The translations under genes were made by a program, and so were the position numbers. The notes beneath the pieces were generated by a model. The model was not told the DNA's origin and did no database searches. It saw only the letters and a list, made by a program, of their open reading frames with translations. From Hydrolagus affinis (lineage: Eukaryota), in assembly GCA_012026655.1 (NCBI GenBank), contig JAAILG010001260.1:1-64000 (forward strand): a stretch of 64,000 bases of DNA, given 5' to 3'. Positions 1 to 12,348 of this stretch are shown in pieces (the first letter of the stretch is position 1; each line of letters opens with the position of its first letter).

Positions 1-1364
1 GGTTGAGCCCAGGACCACAAATTCATCTTAAAACAAAGCTCGTTTGTGTGACAATATTCTGTCAGGGTGAGATCCAATGGGACCAAGGAAGGGCCTCCTT
101 CACCCAACCCGATTCTGGAGGATGATTAAAATTCCCAACTGCGTTTCTAAGCCCAAAATAATTTGGGTGACCTTTTTTCCCTTCCTCCAGTTCCCAGCCA
201 ATTGTGTGAATCACTTGGCGGCATCAACCCAACAGGCGCTACATACAGTAATTACACGACTGTGAAAAGCACCAACTACTAGATGTAAATTGCTGCATTC
301 AATTCCCTGCTGCGCTGTTGGCTGGTGTACATTCGCTTGTTAGGTGGGGTGTGTTTCTGAGATAGCAGTCAGTATGTGAGAGAGGCAAAGCGAGGATTTT
401 TTTTCCGCAATAAAGACTTCTTTTTTAGAAAAAAAAAGGTCAGTCGCATTGAGAAAATCATTACCGTGCTTTAGTTTAGAATCTCCAAGATAAACTATTG
501 AAAAATTTCGCATACATAGTATTTTCGCCCACAAATCTATTTAATCTAGTCAATTCACTTTGCGGTATATTCTGTGAAGCGCTTTGAGACGTTGATAAGA
601 TGTGATTATTATCATTAAATGTTTGTTCCTCATGAGGGTGAACACACTACCCAAATGGCCACGTCCTGCCCATCAGAGTTTATTAATTCTATGCGTTAGG
701 GCTTTTGACTTGCGAGATTAACAGGAGCCGAAGAGGAAGAAATCCAGAACCCAATCTGTCCCTCCAACTCCCTCTAATGAGCCAGGCTGACTCAGGAAAC
801 AGATTGCTAATTCCTCTCTGTGTCACCATTAGTGGCTGAACCTTCAGCAACTGAGCTTTGGAGCTGCTTATCTCCCCACCCCCCCCATCTCTACCTGACT
901 TTAAATCCTGCCTTAAAAAAACTGCTCGAACGAAGGGCGCTATTTAAACACAAGTTGTTGCTATTCTGAGACCAGCGGATCTACATAATTGCATTATTGA
1001 ATCTTCAACCCTGTTGTAAAGTGAAATGCTATTTGAATATATTCACAGAATGTCCTTTCTCCTACTCACTCTGACATTCAAATCAGGTGAAATGAATATG
1101 ATTTTGCAAGGGTTGCAAGTACAGTACATCAACCAAATGTGAACATCAAGGAAGTAATCCCAGATACCAGGTCAAAACAGGAGAGGAAACATTAAAAAGC
1201 AGTTTTAATTATTTGGGTTTGAGTCCCTTGGGGTGTGTTCCCCCAACGTGAAAAGTGCTATACAAATGTAATTTTGTTGCTGTTGTTGTTTCAACCAACT
1301 TTCAGTGTAAATTTATCCAAATGATTTGCTTAGTTCTGATATAGTGATCAATTTTGATATATTG

Positions 1365-1655
1365 TGGCATCCTGAAGCTCAGTGGTTAGAGCACTCGCCC
1401 TGCAAGCGAGAGACCTGGGTTCAATTCCAGGCCAGGTCGAAACCGTGGGCAAGTTTCCTTACTCCATACACGTAATAATAATCCCTCGATTAAAAAAAAG
1501 ACAATAATAAATTGGTCATTTCAATTGGCTGCCGCGCGTCACCCACAAATATACAGTCAATTCACTTTACAGTATATTCTGTGAAGCGCTTTGAGACGTC
1601 TAGAGGACGTGAAAAGTGCTACATCAAATGCAAGGATTATTATTAATTATTATTT
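1365..1655 (+). mobile_element. tRNA-derived SINE (SINE2-1_CM-like), internally deleted
   Basis: A-box AGCTCAGTGG, B-box GGTTCAATTCC, shared body, (ATT)n tail; lacks the ~35-bp CCACGACTG...GCGCAAT segment. Confidence 0.9.
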
Positions 1656-2624
1656 TTATAAATGCAAGTTGTTGTTACACAGAGACCAGCGGATCCACAA
1701 GCATCTCACAGCTTGTAGAATCCCATCATTGAGCGCCCCCTGCTGGACCTGAAAACCATTGCAAAAATTAAGTACTGTAGATTACTGTAATAAATAACAG
1801 ATAATAATAATAGATGGAGACATCTCAACAACGTGGTTAGCTGCTGTTGAGATGTTTCAAAGCGCTTCACAGGCTATACTGTCGAGGTTTTGTTTGTCAA
1901 ACGCGGGATTTTAAATCCTGTGCGAGTTGTCGTCTCAAATTGTATTTAGACAATAGTGCTGGAACTCACACGCAAGTATTAAAGCATTTAAATGTTACAT
2001 TTAAATCTCCTGCACGGGTCTCTTCTTGTCGTGGCTGCTGATATTGCGCGTCTCTCACTGTTTGTGGTGAGTTTCACATCAATATTCAGGCCTGTATTGT
2101 TGTGCTTTTAACTCGAAACTACTGGGTACAACAATTCATTCGTAAGATCTATTCTGAGAGATGAGGTGCAGACTTGAGCGTATTGAAGGGAAAGGTCAAC
2201 ATAGGTGCACATTTATTCACTTTGCACAGACAATACTGTGACAATACTAGCTGAACAAGCAGCGTAAAGCTTGCTGGAGAGAGCTTTCAATGGCAAGGTA
2301 GGTGTAGTTTTTCGCTGGTTGGGATGTCTTCCCGATGTGAAAGGTGTTATATGCAAATGTGATTTTGTTGTTGGATTTCAGCTGTCAGAATTCTTGATTT
2401 GGTTCGGATACACTGAGGCACGTTGATAGGTTTCCACGTTAGTCAGACGCACAGCTAATCCAAGAAGCTGCTCCTGTTATTTTGTTTCTCTGCTTCCATT
2501 GAGATCGACTAAACAGAAGCTTCAGTGGGCTGGCTCTATAACAAGCGGAGCTAGTAAAATACCCTGTAACTAATTCCAGTCTTAACGTTATCAAATTCAC
2601 CCAAACTACTTTTACTAGATAAGT

Positions 2625-2951
2625 GGAGCTCCTGTAGCTCACTGGTTAGAGCACTAGACTTACAAACGTGAGACCTGTGTTCTATTCCAGCCAGATCAGG
2701 GTAAAACCTTGGGCAAGTTTCCTCACTCCACACACAGGCCTAATAATAATCCGTCCCCCAAAAAAACACAATAATAAAAATTGGTCATTTCAATCCATGA
2801 CTGTTTGTGGGACACTGCTGTGCACAATTGGCTACCGCGTTTCACCCACAAATATATACAGTTAATTCACTTTACTGTATATTCTGTGAAGCGCTTTGAG
2901 ACGTCGATAAGATGAGAAATGTGCTATATCAAATGCAAGGATTCTTACTAA
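2625..2951 (+). mobile_element. tRNA-derived SINE, full length
   Basis: GGAGCTCCTGTAGCTC head through ATCAAATGCAAGGATT tail; colinear with the other copies. Confidence 0.92.
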
Positions 2952-3342
2952 TATATATTATAAGTGGAACCTTTCCCTCATTTGGACCCATGGACTCAGG
3001 CTTGTAGGTACTGTGTGTAGATTGAGGTGTGTATGGAGATTTGAATGGAGTATGGGTGGGGTTGGGAGGAGGAAAGCGAGAGAAAGGAAAGATGAAATGG
3101 ACCTCACACAACTTCTTCTGACTGAAGACAAGACACTGAGGTCAAGTTTCCAAAAAGTATCACCCGCCCATCACCCAACAAACAAAACTGATGTAATTGT
3201 ATTCCAGTTAGTTTGTTAATTGGTTCGTTAATCAGTGCATTTTTTTGAATATTACTACCCCGCCACACACAACAACAACAAAGTACAACAACAAAATTAT
3301 ACTTGTATAATGCCTTTCATGTCAGGAGGACGTTTCCCCCCC

Positions 3343-3651
3343 TAATAATAATCCTTGCATTTGATATAGTGATTTTCACGTCTTCTAGACATCTCAAAGC
3401 GCTTCACAGAATATACTGTAAAGTGAATTGACTGTATATTTTGTGGGCGAAAGACAGCAGCTAATTGCGCACAGCAGTGTCCCCCACACAATCGTGGATT
3501 GAAATGGCCAATTTTGTTTCGAGGGATTATTATTATTAGGCGTGTGGAGTAAGGAAACTTGCCCAAGGTTTTGCCCCCTGACCTGCCTGGATTCGAACAC
3601 AGGTCTCACGCTTGTAAGGCGAGTGCTCTAACCACTGAGCTACGGGACCTC
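3343..3651 (-). mobile_element. tRNA-derived SINE, full length
   Basis: Reverse complement of the family; abuts an L2-type (CAA)n tail at ~3270-3335. Confidence 0.92.
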
Positions 3652-4698
3652 TGGCATTCATGGCTGCACACATCAAACGAATAGACCTTCGAGCACGTCA
3701 CACTCAGCACACACAGCCCATCCTCCCGATATTTATTCCTACCGCTCTCAAAAAATCTTTCTCTAGGCCCCAGCGCTCCGGAATCCTGATCCGAAGTATT
3801 GAGTCTCGGTTGCCATACCAATGTGTAATTACACTCCTCCTTTAGCAGTAAAAGGAACAGCGTAGACTTTATCCTGAAGGCTAGCATCTGGTTTGTGTTC
3901 AGAACAGCCACCCATTGAGCCATGCGAGCTCCCCTGCCGCGACCAGCCAACCAGTTTATTGATTTTTTTCCTGACCCTTTAAAGAGATGAAAGTTCTTTA
4001 AAAACTTTTTGATGGTTTGTGTTAATGAACTAAGCAGCTGTTGGGTGAGGGAAGGTCACTCGAGAATGAATCACTTCAAGGCAACACACCTAAGTTGCGC
4101 TGGCCGAGCGGGCGATTACTGTGTGATGACAGGACCTCAAAATAATCACCTAAAATGCACTGGGAAAACTATGAATCTCACATGGAGGGACTAATACAGT
4201 TAATAGTCTATGAAGTGCTTATTGATGGCTCTGAACAGAGGTGTTGGATCCGATAGCACTGGAGTTAATCAGGGCCTAATTCTGAAGGGAACACTCCCAA
4301 TAGCCTTGAAGATCGCATTGAAAGCTTCAACTTTTAGAGATAAAACGAACTCAGGCAAAATCATAGGTGATTATCATCCTTTGTTTCCATTGGTTTTCCA
4401 ATGGGCCGCTGTGGAAGAAAGGATTGTTTAAATGAGTTTGGAAATATTTGAAATACAAATTCATCTCCAGCCAGTGGATTCCGCTGACTTTAATTCCATC
4501 CCTGAACAACAACAACAACAAATTAACTGTCTGCAGTTCAAGTACAGAGATGGATATAATAATAATAATAATAATCCTTGCATTTGATATAGCTCCTTAT
4601 CACATCGTTGAGACATCACAAAGTGCATGGACACAGTGGTGTGCCCAAACATGTGTCTTGATGTAAACGTGCTGATACACACACACACATACACGCGC

Positions 4699-4954
4699 GC
4701 TCAGTGGTTAGAGCACTTACCTCACAAGCGAGAGACCTGAGTTCAATTCCAGGCAGGGTGAAACCTTGGGAAAGTTTCCTTATTCTGCACGTCTAATAAT
4801 AATCCCTCCAAAAAAAACAATCAGAATTAGCTGCCGCGTTTCGCCCACATATACCGTATACAGTCAATTCACTTTACAGTATATTCTGTGAAGCTCTTGG
4901 AGACGTCTGGAAGGCGTGGAAAGCGCTATAACAAAATGCGAGGCTTATTATTAT
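4699..4954 (+). mobile_element. tRNA-derived SINE, internally deleted
   Basis: GCTCAGTGGTTAGAGCAC...GAGTTCAATTCC head and degenerate tail; a minus-strand tail lies at 4556-4630. Confidence 0.85.
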
Positions 4955-5123
4955 GTATAGATATATATATATAATACAGACATACACATAGCACCTTCCA
5001 CACAGAACACACATCTTAACAGGTAAAATAGATTGAAACCAAGCAGATATAGTTCACGCTTACAATTACTTTACAGGATGGAAAATCAAAAGTGAAACAA
5101 TTCACTGCCCCACAGAGAGAAGA

Positions 5124-5191
5124 GGGGGAAGGGGAAAGGTGGGGGGAGGGGGAGGGGAGGGGGGGGGGGGTGGGAGGATGAGGGGGGAGGG
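5124..5191 (+). repeat. G-rich tract with G-quadruplex potential
   Basis: More than eight runs of 3+ G with short loops. Confidence 0.8.
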
Positions 5192-6090
5192 AGACTGATA
5201 CTGTTCACAGAGCACCAGCCTAGACGGTGACTGCTGCTCATATTCAGACAGTGACCCCAGGGGACATGGAGGTAACAGACATTCACAAAGTACAGACCGA
5301 GTCAGTGACTCCGGTTTAGATTTGTTGATGGTGGAGGCGGAGAAAACTCGCTGGGGATGAAAAAAAAAGGCACCGATTCCATAGGTAACCAGATAACAAA
5401 AGGCACAGAGAATTACAATTTGGTCTGAGGGAGAAGGGATGAATTAATGCTTGTGCCATTAAATGCTTCCAAAATCATTTATCATTTACATATTTTTTAA
5501 AAAAAGGTATATGTATTTGAACTTAACTTACACGCAAAACATGTTTTTGGCATTTAAAAAGAAACGCACAGTGGTATAGTTCTAATCTAGCAAATTACGA
5601 CTACCTTCGGAGCAATTAGGCTGGTTTAATTTGAGACACGAGCAGTGAAGAGTAATTTTCGGTTAGATTATTAGCAGGGGAAGGAAAGCAAGAGGAGAAT
5701 GTCTGTAAAACTCTGCATTGCTGTGAGAAAGCATCAATCTCCTTCAGCCATTGCAAATTTAATTTGCTGCAAAAAAAACATGAACAATTCCCATCCCTTG
5801 TAATTTTCTCTGAACTCTAATGGAGAGAATTAGCCCCGTAAAGACTTGCACTAAATTCTGTTTTATTTCAAAGCGTCGGTCAAACAGAAAAAAACAGAAA
5901 TTTAACTCAGCTGGGAAGAGGTTGGAGAGGTAATAAGAGCTTTTAAAATAAAACGCAGCGAGGAGGGGGATTGAAGCATGAAGGGATTAAAACGATTTTG
6001 TATCCACTGTACAACGTATTAGGGGGTATTAGCTGTGGGTTTTGGAATGGTTACACTGATCTCTTGGATCGCAGGAGTGTAATCAAGTCC

Positions 6091-6135
6091 ACATACACAC
6101 ACACGCACACGCACGCACACACACACACACACACA
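6091..6135. repeat. (CA)n/(CACG)n microsatellite
   Basis: Read directly. Confidence 0.9.
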
Positions 6136-6747
6136 CGTTTTATATTTGGATCAAAGTAAATGGCATTTGAACCTCCAACAGCTACCACCCAGAAGCAGCC
6201 AGTGAGACAGAAGCTAATTAACCTTTCTGCTGCTGACTTCACAAGCCTTTGGCCCCTACTCTCTCCCCAAATGCACATTCTTTGAAAACCCGACTTCAAA
6301 TAAAATATATATATATTTTTTAAACAATATTAACATCTGCACACAGACTACCTGAGTACGGCAGATGGTTTGGAAGGGTTTAGTTTCCTCTGAAGTGTGA
6401 AGGGTTGACAGAGGGTGTTGCCGACCAATTTCACGTGAACTACAGAAAATGGCTTGAAAGGCAACGCGATTAACATTCCAACTATTCTTTTTTAAGAAAA
6501 ACATTCAATAGAAGGGAAAAGCGGTTGTAATAATACAAAGAGAATTCAACACAATATCCACCTGTTCTGATTGTTGACAAATAATAATAATAATCATAAT
6601 CCTTAGCATTTCATACAGCACTTTTCACATCTTCTCAATGTCTCAAAGCGCTTCACAGAATATATTCTAAAGTGAATTGACTGTATATTTGTGTGCTCAA
6701 CAGCAAGTACTGTAATTGTAAGGGACAGCTAATGAGGGAGTTTCTGT

Positions 6748-7068
6748 AGAGTCCTGTAGCTCAGTGGTTCGAGCACTCGCCATGCAAGCGAGAGACCTGG
6801 GTTCAATTCCAGGCAGGTCAGGGCGAAACCTTGGGCAAGTTTCCTTACTCCACATGCCTGATAATAATCCCCCACAAAAAACAATAATAAATTGGTCATT
6901 TAAATCCACAACTGTTTGTGGAACAATTACTGTGTGCAATTGGCTGCCGCATTTTGCCCAGATATATACAGTCAATTCACTTTACAGTATATTCTGTGAA
7001 GCGCTTTGAGACGTCTAGAAGACGTGAAAAGCAGTAAATCAAATGCAAGGATTATTATTATTATTATT
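6748..7068 (+). mobile_element. tRNA-derived SINE, full length
   Basis: GAGTCCTGTAGCTCAGTGG head, GGTTCAATTCC B-box, TAGAA-loop tail, (ATT)n; minus-strand 3' fragment at 6582-6695. Confidence 0.92.
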
Positions 7069-7942
7069 TCTCACTGTGTCCTTGGCCAACAATTCCCCCA
7101 CCCACCGACCCAAATAAAAACGTTTTTGGGGTACATTGCTGGTGCCTAAATTAGCTGCTAATTTACAAAAACCAGTCAGTACACTTTACAGTAAGTCTTA
7201 TGAAGTGTTTCGAGACATCCCTCTGACGTTAAATACATCAAATGCGGGGTTTATTAGTAGCAATTACAGACCAGAGGTGACAGACATATTACTCTGTAAA
7301 CTTGTCAAAGTTGAAATGGTATCAAAGGGCAAAGTGACATCAGAAAAACAAAGTAGAGCTGTCCCACAGTCTAATTTTGGACAGTTATGGATCAGTTGAC
7401 CAGTCACACGCTTAATTATATTTGTGGAAAATATCTGAATGAAGCAATATCCTGTACTTTTAATAATAGCTCATTCTGTATCAGAGTGGTAACTAATATT
7501 CCGATTGCTGAAATCTCTGCTTCAACAATATCTCCTGACATGAAAGGCACTCTTCGAATGTAATTTTGTGCTTGTTGTTAAATAGAAACATCACGGTCAG
7601 AAAAGTATATATAGAGAGGCAGAGTTATGCAAAGGCAAAGCGTGTGTATTGTGCAAGAGGTAGGGAGGTTGGGAAAGGGAGAGAGAGAGAGATTGTTTAT
7701 GGTGCCGTCTGCACATATTTGTGATATGGATAGTTAAAAAAAAACTACACTAGACCTCACCAACTTTCACCCACACAACACAGACAAACCATTTTACAGT
7801 ATATCCTGTGAAGTGTTTCGAGAAATCTTGGCGAAATGATAAGTTGTCATATCAAATGCAAGGCTTAATTTTTTTTTATTATTATTAATATTCAGTGTCC
7901 TCCAAAAAAATTACTGGATTTCTTTAGGAAAAGGGGACTGTG

Positions 7943-7944
<2 letters not shown>

Positions 7945-7977
<33 letters not shown>
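7945..7977. repeat. (TG)n microsatellite
   Basis: Read directly. Confidence 0.95.
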
Positions 7978-7978
<1 letters not shown>

Positions 7979-9816
7979 CATGCCTGCAAGAAATGCTACT
8001 GATCTGATATTTAACCGAAAAAATACTTCTAGCACCTGTCGGACACGGTTTGGAAATGTCTGTGCTTCAACACACGTAAAAATTAATATGGGGATTCCAT
8101 AATTGCCATAATGTGGGATTTGTATTTCAGTGTCAGTCTCTTTTAGAGAATCATTCAGGGTGAATCATTCTGTCCTTGTATCTGCAGTTTCGATGCTGTG
8201 TGCCAGAGAACAATGTTCTTCACTCATGAACAAGCTGGACACAGTACATTTTCCCGCGAGGAGGCATCATCCATGCTGCTCACATTGACATGATAACATC
8301 GCCTGTCCAGTCTCAGGACAGTGAGTGGCACTGGATCACTGGAGAGATAAACAGGAGAAACCTAATAATCCTTGCAATTGACGTAGCATCTTATCACGTC
8401 GTCGCGATGTCTCAAAGTGCTTTGCGGGCGATGCTCGTAAAATGGCTTGTCTGTGTTTTAACTTGAAAGCAAAGGCGCAACGCACGTTTTATTTGAATGT
8501 AGCCTCACAAAGAGACTTCCTCTTGCCAAGTGGCTGGATTTGTTTTAAACAAATTTGCGCAAGATAAATTACCGGTGGCAAAGAGGTCATAGTCCCAAGA
8601 ACAACTAGAGGCAGGCCTGAAACTAGAGGCCGTCTATTGAGGCTTGAAGGACAGAAGCATTCTGAAGGGAACTGGATAATTACCCGAGGATTAAATAACT
8701 TGTGGGTACATTGAGAGCTGGAAAGCAGGATTGATAATAAAGGACAGGTGCTCAGGTCACAGGCACATTGGGTTGAATAATAATAATAATAATTATCACG
8801 GAACATACTGTAAAGTGAATTGACTATAGATTTCATGGGCGAAAATGCCTCCTTTTATGCTAAGAATATTTTTTAAATCCCTGCATTTCATAAGGCACTT
8901 GATCACATTGAAAGAAACAGTGTACCAGTCCAGGTTTTCACTAGCAAATAAGATGCACAGTCCATCACGGCATCTAAATTCATGTGTTCACTTGCGTTTC
9001 ACATGCTGTTTAAACGATTTCTTTCTTGATCACTTTAGCCAGAAGACTTTCGCAAGAATTGTTCACATTTAGAGTTCAGTTGCACTTTGGTGAAGATATT
9101 TTAAACGCGTTAAAAATTGAAACCAGATCTTTATTTTACGATGAGGAGCCTGCCTGGTGTTGGTAGTGGCCTGGTGTAAAACAAAAAAATAAACGGATCA
9201 TTTAAATTCACGACTGTTTGTGGGACGCCGCTATGCAGCAATTGGCTGCCACGTTTTGCCCCACAAAGATACAGTCAGTACGCTTTACAGTATATTCTGT
9301 GACGTGCTTTGAGACGTCAGGAAGACATGATAAGGCACTACATAAAATGTGGGGATTATTATTATTGATAGGACTGTGCTGGGCTGTGGCACCTGTTAAA
9401 AGTCAATCCCAATCAGTCTCCAATTTCAGGGTCAGTGGAGGGTTCCTACTGGTTGCCCAGCTGATAGCTTCACATGCAAATGGGGGCATTTCTTTGCATG
9501 GAGGGTGATTAGCGACTGCAAAGGGTTAGCAGGAAGGATGGTAGAGTCAAGGACGTTAGATTCATACCATTCAAGGAACAGCTGGATGCTGTAAGGGGAA
9601 GGATGAGATCAAACGGCTGAAAGGCCTTCATCGTCTGAACTTCTTGGTCGATTCGGATACAGGCATTACATTTCAATATAGTATTGACTTATGTAAGATG
9701 GGGGTGGGTGGTGTGCGTTATCAGACGCAGACCTGTAAGGAGGATCAATAGGCACGTTATTAAGAGTTCTTTGTGGTGACCTGTTTGCTTTTTTTGTTGC
9801 GCAGTTTAATGTTTGT

Positions 9817-10172
9817 GGAGCTCCTGTGGCTCAGTGGTTAGAGCACTTGTCTTGCAAGCTGGGGAGACCGAGCTGGGGAGACCTATGTTCGAATCCAGGG
9901 AGGTCAGGGCGAAACCTTGAGCAAGTTTCCTTACTCCACACGTTTACTGATAATAATCCGTCCCCCCAAAAAAATACAATAATAAAAAATTGGTCATTTC
10001 AATCCACGACTGTTTGTGGGACACTGCTGTGCTCAATTGGCTGCTGCGATTCGCCCATAAATATATACAGTCAATTCACTTTACAGTATATTCTGTGAAG
10101 TGCTTTGGGACGTTGATAAGATGTGAAAAGCACTATATCAAAATGCAAGGATTATTATTATATTATTATTAT
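9817..10172 (+). mobile_element. tRNA-derived SINE, full length, with 14-bp duplication in the head
   Basis: Family match; AGCTGGGGAGACC at 9857-9869 and 9871-9883. Confidence 0.9.
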
Positions 10173-10188
10173 GTTTAATGCTTGAAAC

Positions 10189-10356
10189 AGTCCTGTAGCT
10201 CAGTGGTTAGAGCGCTCGCCTTACAAGCGTGAGACCTGTGTTCAAATCCAGGTAAGTCAGGGCAAAACCTTGGGCAAGTTTACTTACTCCACGTGCCTAA
10301 TAATAATAATCCCTCCAAAAAAAAACAATAATAAAATCAGTCATATCAATCCACGA
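10189..10356 (+). mobile_element. tRNA-derived SINE, 5' half
   Basis: Intact A/B-box head just after the previous copy's tail; 3' half missing. Confidence 0.88.
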
Positions 10357-11097
10357 TCAGAGTCTTCCCAGCCACAGTGAATGGATAATTACCGGCAAAG
10401 GTGGGAATATCATCGCATTCAGAGAAAAATTCCTCATCCGGCAGAGAGAGAGAGAGACAGAGAAACAAAACACAGTGGAAAGGGTTAAAAATGAATACGG
10501 CAGCAAAACCACTTGCAATCCCTGACATTAGGGGGTTAAGAGGAACACACAATGAAAAGCCAGCAGGGGAGAGCGCGCAAGGATAACAACGTCAGGTCAG
10601 ACTGATGTAGGTATTAATGGGATTTATTGTGACCAGAGCCACAGATTAAAATAAGTGCCTTTTTGACTGTTGCTTGCTTCAAAGAAGAGCTCTTTGGGCT
10701 CATAAAATTGCTGAGTACAAATAGGTACCTCTTATTGCTATTCCGTGTCCCTGTATCACCTCCCATCTCCACCCTACCCCCCCACCCCCCACCCCACCCT
10801 ACCGACCCCTCGAATACAGAGACATATAATCTGTAAAACATCAGCTTCAAAGTTCCGCAGAGATTGGCGTTAACCCTGACCCTTGATCCAACACTACTTG
10901 GGGGAATGTCTGTCGTTGCCTCGGCCAGGTGTTTTGAATAAGCACAATTCATTTGAAGAGTTGCAAGCAGAGCATAGCTTTTCACACTTGCAAAGACAAT
11001 CGCTAGATAAAGTTTGCTTTATCCTTCCCCACCTCGCCCCCCCACCACCCCCCCTCCCACCCCGAATGACTCTATTTTCCCGTAGTTATTTCCCTGC

Positions 11098-11362
11098 GGA
11101 GTCCTGTAGCGTCAATATTGATTCGAGCGCTCGCCTTGCAAGCGAGAGGACCTGGGTTTGATTCCGGGGCAATAAAAAAAACACCACAATAATAAAAATT
11201 GGTCATTTTCAATCCACGGCTGTTTGTGGGGGACGCTGCCATGCGCAATTGGCTGCCGTGTTTCGCCCACAAATATACAGTCAATTCACTTTACAATATA
11301 TTCTGAGAAGCGCTTTGAGACGTCGATAAGATGTGAAAAGCGCTATGTCAAATGCAAGGATA
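11098..11362 (+). mobile_element. tRNA-derived SINE, internally deleted
   Basis: GGAGTCCTGTAGC head, body, GATAA-loop tail. Confidence 0.85.
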
Positions 11363-11754
11363 TACGGACAAAATATATGGCCTTGGCATACTTGTAGTTT
11401 GTTCTGTGAAGCTCTTTGAGAAGTCTTGGATGAGCCGCTATCTCAAATGCAAGGATTATTATTATTATTATTAACATTATAAAATATGCTGTGAGGTAAT
11501 TAATGTCAAGTCTAGCGATTTATCTGCAGGCAGAGAGAGTAGGTGATGGATTAGGTGCAACCAGAATTGGAACATGTTGTACACAATGGATAACAAATGA
11601 AGTAGAGGAGATGACTCAATGAAATACTGTACCAGGAAGCAATGGGGCTGTGTAGATAGAGAAAGAATTACTTTAAGCAGCTGAAGTCAATCACGGACAC
11701 ACCTTACAGTTCAGCTGCCTGGAATCATTCTTTTATGTCAGGCTGCGCCATACA

Positions 11755-12084
11755 GGAGTCCTGTAGCTCAGTGGTTAGAGCACTCGCCTTTACAAGCGTG
11801 AGAGACCTGTGTTCAAATCCAGGCAGGTCAGGGCAAAAAACCTTGGGCAAGTTTCCTTACTCCACACACGCGTCTAATAATAATCCGTCAAAAAAAAACA
11901 CAAGAATAAAATTGGTCATTTCAATCCATGACTGTTTGTGGGGGACGCTGCTGTGAGCAATTGGCTGCCGCGTTTCACCCACAAATATAGTCATTTCACT
12001 TTACAGTACATTCTGTGAAGCGCTTTGAGACGTCTAGAAGACATGAAAAAGCGCTACATCAAATACAAGGATTATTATTATTAT
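11755..12084 (+). mobile_element. tRNA-derived SINE, full length
   Basis: Family match from head to tail. Confidence 0.92.
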
Positions 12085-12090
12085 CTTATT

Positions 12091-12348
12091 GACATCTCAA
12101 AGCGCTTCACAGAATCTACTGTATATTTGTGGGTGAAACGCGGCAGCCAATTGCGCAAGGCAGTGTCCCCACAAACAGTCGTGGATTGAAATGACCAATC
12201 TTATTATTGTGCCTTTTTTTTTAAGGGATTATTATTAGGCGCGTGTGTGTGTGGAGTAAGGAAACTCGCCCAAGGTTTCGCCCTGATCTGCCCGGATTCG
12301 CACACAGGTCTCACGCTTGTAAGGCGAGTCCTCTAACCACTGAGCTAC
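12091..12348 (-). mobile_element. tRNA-derived SINE, 3'-truncated, inverted against its neighbour
   Basis: Reverse complement of head and body, starting a few bp after the plus copy's tail. Confidence 0.9.

Noticed and set aside
2625-2700. tRNA gene calls for the SINE heads
   Set aside because: A/B boxes and anticodon arm are present, but there is no proper acceptor stem and each head continues into the same SINE body
8189-8320. Exon-like segment with a good acceptor and GTGAGT donor
   Set aside because: Stops in all three frames; a non-coding exon cannot be supported without RNA data
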